A stretch of DNA of 64,000 nt from Escherichia phage phiEc_1, in sequence record LC768462.1. One strand, 5' to 3'. The position numbers and the translations under genes were made by a program. Below are positions 27,137 to 34,372 of this stretch, piece after piece. Each line of letters opens with the position of its first letter. Within the stretch, counting starts at the first letter, position 1. The notes beneath the pieces are model-generated. The model was not told the origin of the DNA and searched no databases. It saw nothing but the letters and a program-made list of their open reading frames with translations.

Positions 27137-27670
27137 ATGAGTTTACTAGGAAGTATTGAACTGCATGATGTAATTGACAATGGCTATCTGGATGCGGAGC
27201 ATAAGTATGTTAACGCTGCTAGTGTGGATATCCGTATTGGTGATACTATCCTTGTTGAAGAACAGGCTGATGGCATCGTTGATATTGATGCGAAAGAGAA
27301 TCTTCAGTGGAAGGAAGTAAAGATTCCTGAAGAGGGTTTGGTTATCACTCCGGGTCAGTTCTTCTTGGCTCACTCTATGGAGGAGTTTAATCTTCCAGAT
27401 AACATCTCAAGTCTGTTTGTTCTGCGTTCGTCTATGGCTCGTTGTGGTTTGAACCACCTTCACGCCGGTTGGGCAGATGCAGGATTTAATAGTAGTAAGC
27501 TGACATTTGAATTCCATAACGTAACCAAGCACCACAGCTTACGAGTTCGTGCTGGTATGCGTGTTGGTCAGATGGTTATGTTTGAGCACTCTCATGCAGG
27601 GGAACATTCCTACGCAGTGAAGGGTCGTTATAATAACTCTGAAGGTGTGGTTGCATCTAAAGGTGTGTAA
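27137..27670 (+). CDS. dcd: dCTP deaminase
   Basis: VDIRIGD..., LRSSMARCGL, AGWADAGFN, GMRVGQMVMFEH align with E. coli Dcd motifs. Confidence 0.8.
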   Translation: MSLLGSIELHDVIDNGYLDAEHKYVNAASVDIRIGDTILVEEQADGIVDIDAKENLQWKEVKIPEEGLVITPGQFFLAHSMEEFNLPDNISSLFVLRSSMARCGLNHLHAGWADAGFNSSKLTFEFHNVTKHHSLRVRAGMRVGQMVMFEHSHAGEHSYAVKGRYNNSEGVVASKGV

Positions 27671-27868
27671 ATGAAAAAGTGGATTGTTCGTGTACATGAT
27701 AACACGACTGGAGAGTTAGTAGCTGTAGATTTTGTTAAGACTCGAGAACACGCACGTAGGGTCAAAAATCAATACAAGTCTACTTTTAGACTTAACAAGG
27801 TTACAATTGGAAAAGCTATTGTGAATAGCGAAGGTGCTTTTTTTGCCAACAGTAAGGTTTATTATTAA
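27671..27868 (+). CDS. small protein, paralog family B
   Basis: ORF track; tandem with two similar ORFs ending in ...KV-x-YY. Confidence 0.5.
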   Translation: MKKWIVRVHDNTTGELVAVDFVKTREHARRVKNQYKSTFRLNKVTIGKAIVNSEGAFFANSKVYY

Positions 27869-28077
27869 TGAGACCGATCACCATGAGACAATTTTGGTTA
27901 GCAAAGATTAAGTGGGCATCAGGTGGCATGACTATGACTGCACTACCCACTCGCCAACAAGCTCGAGATTTTAAAAAGACTATGCTTACTGGTGACGTGG
28001 TTAATAGTATCAGTATCCATAAGGCCAAGGAGTATTCTTCTGGTCGTGTTTATATCAGCGGAAAGGTACATTACTAA
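27868..28077 (+). CDS. small protein, paralog family B
   Basis: ORF track; ATGA overlap. Confidence 0.5.
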   Translation: MRPITMRQFWLAKIKWASGGMTMTALPTRQQARDFKKTMLTGDVVNSISIHKAKEYSSGRVYISGKVHY

Positions 28078-28286
28078 TGAAAAAGATGTGGGCTATTCAT
28101 GTTGTTTGGGATCTTGAGCAACACATGAGAAAAGATAACATCAAATTGTTTGATACTCGCAAAGAGGCTCGTATTGCTAAGAAACAGTTGAAGACTCTGG
28201 GCACAATAGTAAAAAGCGCTGACATACATCGCTGGTATGAAGACCCTAACACTGGTTCTTTTATGTCTAAAGTAATTTACTACTGA
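28077..28286 (+). CDS. small protein, paralog family B
   Basis: ORF track; ATGA overlap. Confidence 0.5.
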   Translation: MKKMWAIHVVWDLEQHMRKDNIKLFDTRKEARIAKKQLKTLGTIVKSADIHRWYEDPNTGSFMSKVIYY

Positions 28287-28311
28287 TTGGTAGTAGATAT
28301 GGTAACTCTCA

Positions 28312-28320
28312 AATGTATAT
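28312..28320 (+). promoter_or_regulatory. candidate phage-sigma promoter element (AAATGTATA)
   Basis: One-mismatch copy of recurrent TAATGTATA, 39 bp upstream of ATG 28359. Confidence 0.35.
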
Positions 28321-28358
28321 AGAGTACAATAAGAATTTGTATTTTACAGGAGAGAGTT

Positions 28359-28688
28359 ATGTTAGATTTGAGTAAAGTGGCCCCGCCCACTGAAGAGATT
28401 ACAAAATCCAAGGTGATGCAACAGTTTTATCATCGTGATATGCTTGGTCGCTTTATCAAGAATCGTGATGTTGTTGCTTGGTCTATTGGTAATCAGGGAT
28501 ATCTGTTGAAGGTTCTTCAGGTTACAGGTTCAACTGCTAAGCGAGTTAAGGTGTATGACCCTGAAATGGGGCGTTCTAAGTCAGTAGACCCACAGAACTG
28601 CATCGTAATTACCCAGCAGGTAATGGATAATATTGCACGTAACGTTGCTAACTCAGTTGAACTTGATGGAGAAAACCCAAATGCATAA
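28359..28688 (+). CDS. hypothetical protein
   Basis: ORF track. Confidence 0.55.
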   Translation: MLDLSKVAPPTEEITKSKVMQQFYHRDMLGRFIKNRDVVAWSIGNQGYLLKVLQVTGSTAKRVKVYDPEMGRSKSVDPQNCIVITQQVMDNIARNVANSVELDGENPNA

Positions 28689-29244
28689 GAATGTCTTTGA
28701 TTTACCTGAGATTGGTCGTGACAGCTATAGCATGTTAGACCGGTCTGATCTTTCAATCTCTCGCCTTGAAACAATGCAAGGCATGATTAGTGCAAACAGC
28801 CTAGAACACATCCTGAGCTGCTTACAAGCTAACATGGAACTCTTGCATATCAAAGCTAAAAACTACCACTGGAACGTCTCTGGTGCAGGATTTCAGGGTG
28901 TTCATGGTATGTTTGATGAGCTGGAAGATTACGCACGACAGGTAGGAGATCATATTGCTGAACGTATGCGTTACCACTGCGTTAAAGTGGACGCTACAGC
29001 AGCTAACTATCTTTCTCATGCTTGGTTCTCAGAGGGTAATGCTGACCTAGATATGGACGGTATGCTCTCTGATATGTGCATGACCTTGATGTGTATTATT
29101 GAGAAGATGGATGAGTTTGATGGTGATTTAGCCACCTACCCTGTTGATCAGAGTATGCTTCAAGAAATTAATGAAGGTCTTGGCAAGTATTGCTACTTCG
29201 TCAAGAGCAACATGTCCCATTCAAGTGGTGACGTGTCTTACTAA
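28681..29244 (+). CDS. dps: Dps-family ferritin-like protein
   Basis: KAKNYHWNVSGAGFQGVHGMFDE...D.IAER and C-terminal KYCYFVKSN align with E. coli Dps; ATG 28681 in track frame. Confidence 0.8.
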   Translation: MHKNVFDLPEIGRDSYSMLDRSDLSISRLETMQGMISANSLEHILSCLQANMELLHIKAKNYHWNVSGAGFQGVHGMFDELEDYARQVGDHIAERMRYHCVKVDATAANYLSHAWFSEGNADLDMDGMLSDMCMTLMCIIEKMDEFDGDLATYPVDQSMLQEINEGLGKYCYFVKSNMSHSSGDVSY

Positions 29245-29304
29245 AACCTCCGCCCTGTCTCCTAACCCGAGGTGGGGCGAACTTATTTATAAGGATATAG
29301 ATAT

Positions 29305-29484
29305 ATGTTATCAGCAATCGTATGGGGTATTTGGGCTATCTTTATTGGTGGTGGTATTTATTGGGCTTCTGGTAAGCTTATTGAAGAAACCCCTGATAAG
29401 AAAGGTGAGATTCAAACAGCATCAACTATCATGGTTATCGTAGCTGTTGTTATCCCATTCCTGCTTCACCTCCTGACTGCATAA
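29305..29484 (+). CDS. small membrane protein (2 TM), paralog of 29494..29679
   Basis: AAGGA SD; hydrophobic-charged-hydrophobic pattern; preferred over track ORF 29144..29443. Confidence 0.45.
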   Translation: MLSAIVWGIWAIFIGGGIYWASGKLIEETPDKKGEIQTASTIMVIVAVVIPFLLHLLTA

Positions 29485-29493
29485 GGATTTGAT

Positions 29494-29679
29494 ATGATTT
29501 CACTGATTGTGTGGGCCGTGTGGTCGTTAATAGTTGGTACTGTTATATATAAAGCTCGAAATTTAGCAATTAAAGAAAACCCAGCAGAAGAGGATGTTAA
29601 AGCTATCAAGCTAGGTAGTGTTGTTCTGGTACATTTTGCTATAACACTACCTCTTGTTATTATTCTTTGTATGCTATAA
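29494..29679 (+). CDS. small membrane protein (2 TM)
   Basis: ORF track; similar to 29305..29484. Confidence 0.5.
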   Translation: MISLIVWAVWSLIVGTVIYKARNLAIKENPAEEDVKAIKLGSVVLVHFAITLPLVIILCML

Positions 29680-29691
29680 GGAATCCAAAGA

Positions 29692-29868
29692 GTGAAACTA
29701 AACCTACCTGAAGAATTACAAGCACATGCCATTATCGTTAGTGGCTGTGTGATGGGTCTTGGTCAGACAAAGAAGATTGCTCATGACCTAGCAAAAGGTC
29801 AGTATAAATCTTTTATTGTTGTTCCTGCTACCCAGCGTCATATCAACCTGTTTATTAACAAGGAATAG
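29692..29868 (+). CDS. small protein (58 aa)
   Basis: GTG start with AAGGA 9 nt upstream. Confidence 0.3.
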   Translation: MKLNLPEELQAHAIIVSGCVMGLGQTKKIAHDLAKGQYKSFIVVPATQRHINLFINKE

Positions 29869-29869
29869 A

Positions 29870-30145
29870 ATGAGTAAAGTAATTAAGTTTTATAGTGATC
29901 AGTGTGCTCCATGTAAAGCAATGGCTCCTACCTTTGAGAAGGTTGTTAAGGAGTTTGATGTAGAAGTGGAAGAGATTAACATCCTTGAAGGTGATGGTCG
30001 TGAGCAAGCTGTTAAGTATGGTGTACGAAGTATCCCTGCTTTCGTTGTGCCTGACCGTAACAGTGGTGCACACTATAGCCTCTCTGGTATGCAGACTGAA
30101 GCAAACCTGAAAGCATTTTTGGACACAGCCCTGAGCAATAAGTAA
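29870..30145 (+). CDS. thioredoxin-like protein
   Basis: CAPC active-site motif in thioredoxin context; SIPAFVV cis-Pro region; ATG 29870. Confidence 0.7.
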   Translation: MSKVIKFYSDQCAPCKAMAPTFEKVVKEFDVEVEEINILEGDGREQAVKYGVRSIPAFVVPDRNSGAHYSLSGMQTEANLKAFLDTALSNK

Positions 30146-30160
30146 TAAGGATATTCACGG

Positions 30161-30817
30161 ATGAATGAACAACTACAAGCAACATTAATCGAAGCTATGG
30201 GAAGTGATCGTAGCGTAGTAAACGCAGCTCGAGTTTCCTTTGGCGTAACCCGTGAAGGTGATTTAAATGAACGTGATGAACGTCTCATCAACTTCCTCGC
30301 AAGAGAGAAGCATGTTACCCCATTCCGACACCCGCAAGTCAGTTTCCGATGCAAAGCACCTATTGCAATTGCGAGACAGTTGGGCAAGCATCAGGTTGGA
30401 TTCTCGTGGAACGAAATGTCCCGGCGGTATAAAGATGGAGCAGTTGAAGTCTTCATCCCTAAAGAGATTTTTGCGAGACCTTCGGACCTCCATGCAGGTT
30501 CAGGGATTCAACTCATCGACGGAGAGCGAGCTGAAGCATTAATGCTGATTAACGATGCATATGAAGCTTCTCTAGCAGCATATGACAAGTTGATTGAATT
30601 TATTGCACCAGAGCAAGCTCGATTTGTTCTTCCTCAGGGGATGATCACTGAGTGGGTGTGGACCGGTTCTTTGTATGGCTGGTTTGAGTTGTGTCGTCAG
30701 CGACTCTCCTCTCACGCTCAATATGAAGTTCGAGTGTTTGCTAAATCTGTAGACGAAGAGATAGCTAAGATCTACCCAATCTCGTGGGCAGCTCTGAAGA
30801 AAACATTGGAGATTTAA
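30161..30817 (+). CDS. thyX: flavin-dependent thymidylate synthase
   Basis: FRHPQVSF...SxRY ThyX signature. Confidence 0.8.
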   Translation: MNEQLQATLIEAMGSDRSVVNAARVSFGVTREGDLNERDERLINFLAREKHVTPFRHPQVSFRCKAPIAIARQLGKHQVGFSWNEMSRRYKDGAVEVFIPKEIFARPSDLHAGSGIQLIDGERAEALMLINDAYEASLAAYDKLIEFIAPEQARFVLPQGMITEWVWTGSLYGWFELCRQRLSSHAQYEVRVFAKSVDEEIAKIYPISWAALKKTLEI

Positions 30818-30963
30818 TATTGGAAGAAGATGACGACGTGTTCTGTACCAAGTGCGGAATGACAGTGGATGATGCATATGACCCAAGTGTAGAAATTTGT
30901 CCATGTTGCGGGGTATGTGAGTATTGCTGTTCTCATAATCCAGAGGATTAGCAGGAATTTCTG

Positions 30964-31197
30964 ATGAAAATCAAACATATTACAGATATTCAGGAGGCAT
31001 TTAGGATGCTTCCTCGAAGAGAGAAGGATAAGATTAAAAAGCTTATTCAAGTTTATGGTCATACATCTAAAGATGATGTAGACTATATGCCTTCTACTTT
31101 CGTAGAGTGTGGGATTGCTCGCGGTTTCACATTCGACCATAAAGTGTTTCAGCAATTCGTTGACCACTGGAGAAAAGATGGAAAAGAAAATCTGTAG
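30964..31197 (+). CDS. hypothetical protein
   Basis: ORF track. Confidence 0.5.
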   Translation: MKIKHITDIQEAFRMLPRREKDKIKKLIQVYGHTSKDDVDYMPSTFVECGIARGFTFDHKVFQQFVDHWRKDGKENL

Positions 31198-31363
31198 CTT
31201 CTGTAAGAAAGAGAAACCTATCGCCAACTTCAAACCTAACCCTGTAACCGGTCTGACCCATGTCATGTGCCACTCTTGCAGGATATATCTTGAAACAAAG
31301 CACACTATCAATAGGTTGCACTATTATCACCCAACAACATTCAAATTTAAGGTTGTGAAATGA
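31178..31363 (+). CDS. small zinc-ribbon protein
   Basis: CSFCKK...CHSC; ATG 31178 with GGAG upstream; track start 31109 rejected. Confidence 0.4.
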   Translation: MEKKICSFCKKEKPIANFKPNPVTGLTHVMCHSCRIYLETKHTINRLHYYHPTTFKFKVVK

Positions 31364-31683
31364 TTGACAGTAATACATTTAGGACTTCAAATGGAAGTGA
31401 AATAAGTCCCGCTGAAGTAATCAATCGGCATAGAAGGCAATTGATCATCCATTCCTATTTGTATTACTGGTTGGATGACCCTATCTGGTCTGATGATAAA
31501 TGGCAACAAGTTGCTAATGATCTAGTGGAGCTGCAAGCTCTGTATCCAGAACCTACTGGAGTCTTTGACAACGAGTTTAAAGATTGGGATGGTTCTACAG
31601 GTATGCATCTCCCACATAACGAAGCTGTTGCTTGTATGGCGACAGCTGTTTACAGACTTCATAAAGAGGTTAACGTCGCATGA
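31360..31683 (+). CDS. hypothetical protein
   Basis: ORF track; ATGA overlap. Confidence 0.55.
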   Translation: MIDSNTFRTSNGSEISPAEVINRHRRQLIIHSYLYYWLDDPIWSDDKWQQVANDLVELQALYPEPTGVFDNEFKDWDGSTGMHLPHNEAVACMATAVYRLHKEVNVA

Positions 31684-31880
31684 GCGTAGTTTATGTTCTA
31701 GAAAGATACGCTGAAGATCACAACAGTATTGTTGCCATATTTAAATATGCCCCGGATGTTGAGGACATTTTGAATGTGACTCACTTAACTGATGTTGATA
31801 AAATCAAAGACCTCATCAGGAATGACAATGCCCACATAGGTGACTCTCTGTGGTCTCTTACTGAATGGACATTGTGGTGA
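31680..31880 (+). CDS. hypothetical protein
   Basis: ORF track. Confidence 0.5.
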   Translation: MSVVYVLERYAEDHNSIVAIFKYAPDVEDILNVTHLTDVDKIKDLIRNDNAHIGDSLWSLTEWTLW

Positions 31881-32062
31881 AGTGCTCTAAATGTGAAGGA
31901 ACAAACCTTCACTTAAGTAACAAGGTTATCAGAGAGCTTGCCAAAGGCTCTCCAACCAAAGGGAAGAACAAACGATTTACTAACGTCAGGGTTTATACAG
32001 CAATCTGTAAAGACTGCTTAACTACTGAATGTCATTACGAAGAAATTGGAGAGCGTAAATGA
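31865..32062 (+). CDS. small zinc-ribbon protein
   Basis: CSKCEG...CKDC. Confidence 0.5.
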   Translation: MDIVVKCSKCEGTNLHLSNKVIRELAKGSPTKGKNKRFTNVRVYTAICKDCLTTECHYEEIGERK

Positions 32063-32796
32063 GTCGTCGTCAATCACGGAAAGAATCACGGAAAGACCTT
32101 CGTCGAGAAGCACTTGTTACTCGTAAGGGTAAGCGAGAGTATGAAGAGGTGGTTTTAGCAAAGCCTGTAGTCCCTCAGAACCAGTTTCAGTCTGAGCTAC
32201 TTAATGCTATCAAGACTAAACAAGTTGTGTTCACAGACGCTCCTGCGGGCTGTGGTAAGACCTTTGTAATCACTTCCACGGTTATTGATGCACTGAAGAG
32301 TGGTAAGATTCAGAAGATCATCTTGAGTCGACCTTCAGTTGGCATGGGTAACTCTCTTGGGTTACTTCCGGGAGGGATGCGTGAGAAGTTTGAACCGTAC
32401 CTTATGCCTATTATTGATGTTATTACTCAGCGATATGGTAAGGGGTTCTATGAATGCCAAATCGGAAATGGTAATATTGAATTTGTACCTCTGGAATATC
32501 TCCGTGGTCGTTCCTTCAATGATGCCATTGTTATCGTGGATGAGTTCCAGAACACCACTAAAGAGGAAGCCTTCTCCATCATGACTCGATTGGGAGAAAC
32601 CTCTCAGCTGTTCTGCATGGGTGATACAAACCAGCATGATATGCGTGGTCGTGAGAGTGGCCTCACTTGGGCTACTAACTTTATTGATGAACACGATCTG
32701 TATGAGTTTGCTGAGATTGTAGACGGTGAATCGGATGATATTGTTCGTTCTGGTTTCTGTAAGGCGATTGTTAAAGCAATGGAAAAGAAAGCTTAA
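32059..32796 (+). CDS. phoH: PhoH-like ATPase
   Basis: Walker A APAGCGKTF, ILSRPSVGMGNSLGLLPGG, VIVDEFQNTT, GDTNQHDM match PhoH. Confidence 0.9.
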   Translation: MSRRQSRKESRKDLRREALVTRKGKREYEEVVLAKPVVPQNQFQSELLNAIKTKQVVFTDAPAGCGKTFVITSTVIDALKSGKIQKIILSRPSVGMGNSLGLLPGGMREKFEPYLMPIIDVITQRYGKGFYECQIGNGNIEFVPLEYLRGRSFNDAIVIVDEFQNTTKEEAFSIMTRLGETSQLFCMGDTNQHDMRGRESGLTWATNFIDEHDLYEFAEIVDGESDDIVRSGFCKAIVKAMEKKA

Positions 32797-32807
32797 ACAG
32801 TAACTTA

Positions 32808-32816
32808 TAATGTATA
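32808..32816 (+). promoter_or_regulatory. candidate phage-sigma promoter element (TAATGTATA)
   Basis: Exact 9-mer 37 bp upstream of ATG 32853. Confidence 0.45.
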
Positions 32817-32852
32817 CTCCTTAGTGTACACTGATATATTAAGGAGTTCTAA

Positions 32853-33170
32853 ATGGCAGACCATGTAGGAAAGAGAGATTATGCACAAGAAAGACGTACC
32901 GCAATTGCCCGTGGTGAGACAGGCGTTGGGAGCAAGAGCGGAGATGCTCAGCGCCACCGTGCACGTCGCATCGTTGAAAAGCGCGATGGAAAAGCTGCTG
33001 TCAGAGGTAAAGATGTTGGACACAAACGAGCTGTCAAGTCTGGAGGCTCTAATGCGTCAAGCAACTTACGTGTTGAACCAGTCAGCTCAAACCGTTCAAA
33101 CGGCGGCAAAAGTGGTGATCGCGCTGGAAAAGCAGCTGGAGCACGCAAAGGAGCTTTAAGCTCATCGTAA
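32853..33170 (+). CDS. basic low-complexity protein
   Basis: AAGGAG 8 nt upstream of ATG. Confidence 0.5.
   Translation: MADHVGKRDYAQERRTAIARGETGVGSKSGDAQRHRARRIVEKRDGKAAVRGKDVGHKRAVKSGGSNASSNLRVEPVSSNRSNGGKSGDRAGKAAGARKGALSSS
32881..33159 (+). CDS. alternative-frame helical protein embedded in 32853..33170
   Basis: 92-codon open frame with amphipathic-helix-like composition; weaker SD. Confidence 0.3.
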   Translation: MHKKDVPQLPVVRQALGARAEMLSATVHVASLKSAMEKLLSEVKMLDTNELSSLEALMRQATYVLNQSAQTVQTAAKVVIALEKQLEHAKEL

Positions 33171-33174
33171 TATG

Positions 33175-33205
33175 AGGCTGCCCACTTGGGTGGCCTTTTC
33201 TTTTA
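33175..33205 (+). terminator. rho-independent terminator
   Basis: GGCTGCCCA / TGGGTGGCC stem then TTTTCTTTTAT. Confidence 0.6.
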
Positions 33206-33238
33206 TATAAACCAAACTAAACTTCCTAGGTAATAAAT

Positions 33239-33493
33239 ATGTCTATTGTAAAAATCGTAAATATCATTGATGTAACTCGTACCGGTAAAACTATCAGTTG
33301 GAAATTCACCAATAAGCATAGAGGTTCAGAGAACATCATTCGTTCTATGATTCAACAAAACCCAAATACAGCTCGCACTAACGTACTCCTTCGCGGAGCT
33401 GATGGAAAATTTATCTCTTATAAGAATAAGAACGTAGAAAAATCTTTCCGTGTTGCAGTAGAAAATCTCATCCCATTCACTAAAGGAGTTTAA
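33239..33493 (+). CDS. small protein, paralog family C
   Basis: ORF track; shares ART.V.LR...GKFISY...PF.KG with next ORF. Confidence 0.55.
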   Translation: MSIVKIVNIIDVTRTGKTISWKFTNKHRGSENIIRSMIQQNPNTARTNVLLRGADGKFISYKNKNVEKSFRVAVENLIPFTKGV

Positions 33494-33494
33494 T

Positions 33495-33779
33495 ATGAAT
33501 AAGTTAGCTATGGTACAGATTCGAGATACATACCCCAACCGCCCGGAGCAGAAACCTCGTACTTGGTCCTATCTGCTAGTAGGGAGTAAGACTATTAATT
33601 CATGCTCTGTAGGAATTGATACTATCCCAACCAGTATCACTTTGCTTCCTCACAAAACAGCCAGAACCCATGTGATGTTACGTGACAGCAAAGGTAAGTT
33701 TATCTCTTATCGTGATTCACGAATTAATAACGAGATTAAATCTGCTATGGAATTTTTGATGCCATTCCCAAAAGGTTAA
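33495..33779 (+). CDS. small protein, paralog family C
   Basis: ORF track. Confidence 0.55.
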   Translation: MNKLAMVQIRDTYPNRPEQKPRTWSYLLVGSKTINSCSVGIDTIPTSITLLPHKTARTHVMLRDSKGKFISYRDSRINNEIKSAMEFLMPFPKG

Positions 33780-33782
33780 ATA

Positions 33783-33941
33783 ATGAAAGAATATGTTTAC
33801 GTAGGACAGCGCTGGTTCGGTGACGAATGGGAAGGTGGGTACAATGTTGTGAAAGCTTTTAAGTCTGAAGAAGATGCCAAGGCATGGGTCTTAAAAGATG
33901 ACGTTGGCGAGAGAACTTACATTGAAGTAGAGGTGGAGTAG
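33783..33941 (+). CDS. small protein (52 aa)
   Basis: Short ORF filling gap; weak SD. Confidence 0.3.
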   Translation: MKEYVYVGQRWFGDEWEGGYNVVKAFKSEEDAKAWVLKDDVGERTYIEVEVE

Positions 33942-33942
33942 A

Positions 33943-34356
33943 ATGCCATTACCAGCTAGACACCAAAACCGTTTCCTAGTTCTCAAGTGGGATGATATTG
34001 AAATGAATCTCACTGAACATGAACTGGACTTGTTTCATGAATTATTATCAGAAATTCGCTCTGGTATTCCTGAACGTCAGTATGTGGTTATAAGCGATAA
34101 GCACCCTCAAGAGTTTGAAGAAGCTTGGGGTATGAAACTGGCTTACATCCAAAGAGCTATTCGAGAAAGAGAAGAAGTTGCTAATCAAAGAGTTGTGGCT
34201 CATCTAGTCAGAGAACAGCCTCGTGAAGTTAGGTCTTCTTATTCTCCATCTACTTGGGCACAAACAAATGCAGCAATGAGAACATACGCTGTTGATTCCA
34301 CATCCTTGGATGTAGTAGAAGATAACCAAGCATTTACAGATTTACTTTACCAATAA
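33943..34356 (+). CDS. hypothetical protein
   Basis: ORF track. Confidence 0.55.
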   Translation: MPLPARHQNRFLVLKWDDIEMNLTEHELDLFHELLSEIRSGIPERQYVVISDKHPQEFEEAWGMKLAYIQRAIREREEVANQRVVAHLVREQPREVRSSYSPSTWAQTNAAMRTYAVDSTSLDVVEDNQAFTDLLYQ

Positions 34357-34372
34357 TTTAAAGGAGTATAAA

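Noticed and set aside
29144-29443. Track ORF 29144..29443
   Set aside because: Overlaps the 3' end of dps; the SD-preceded frame 29305..29484 is preferred.
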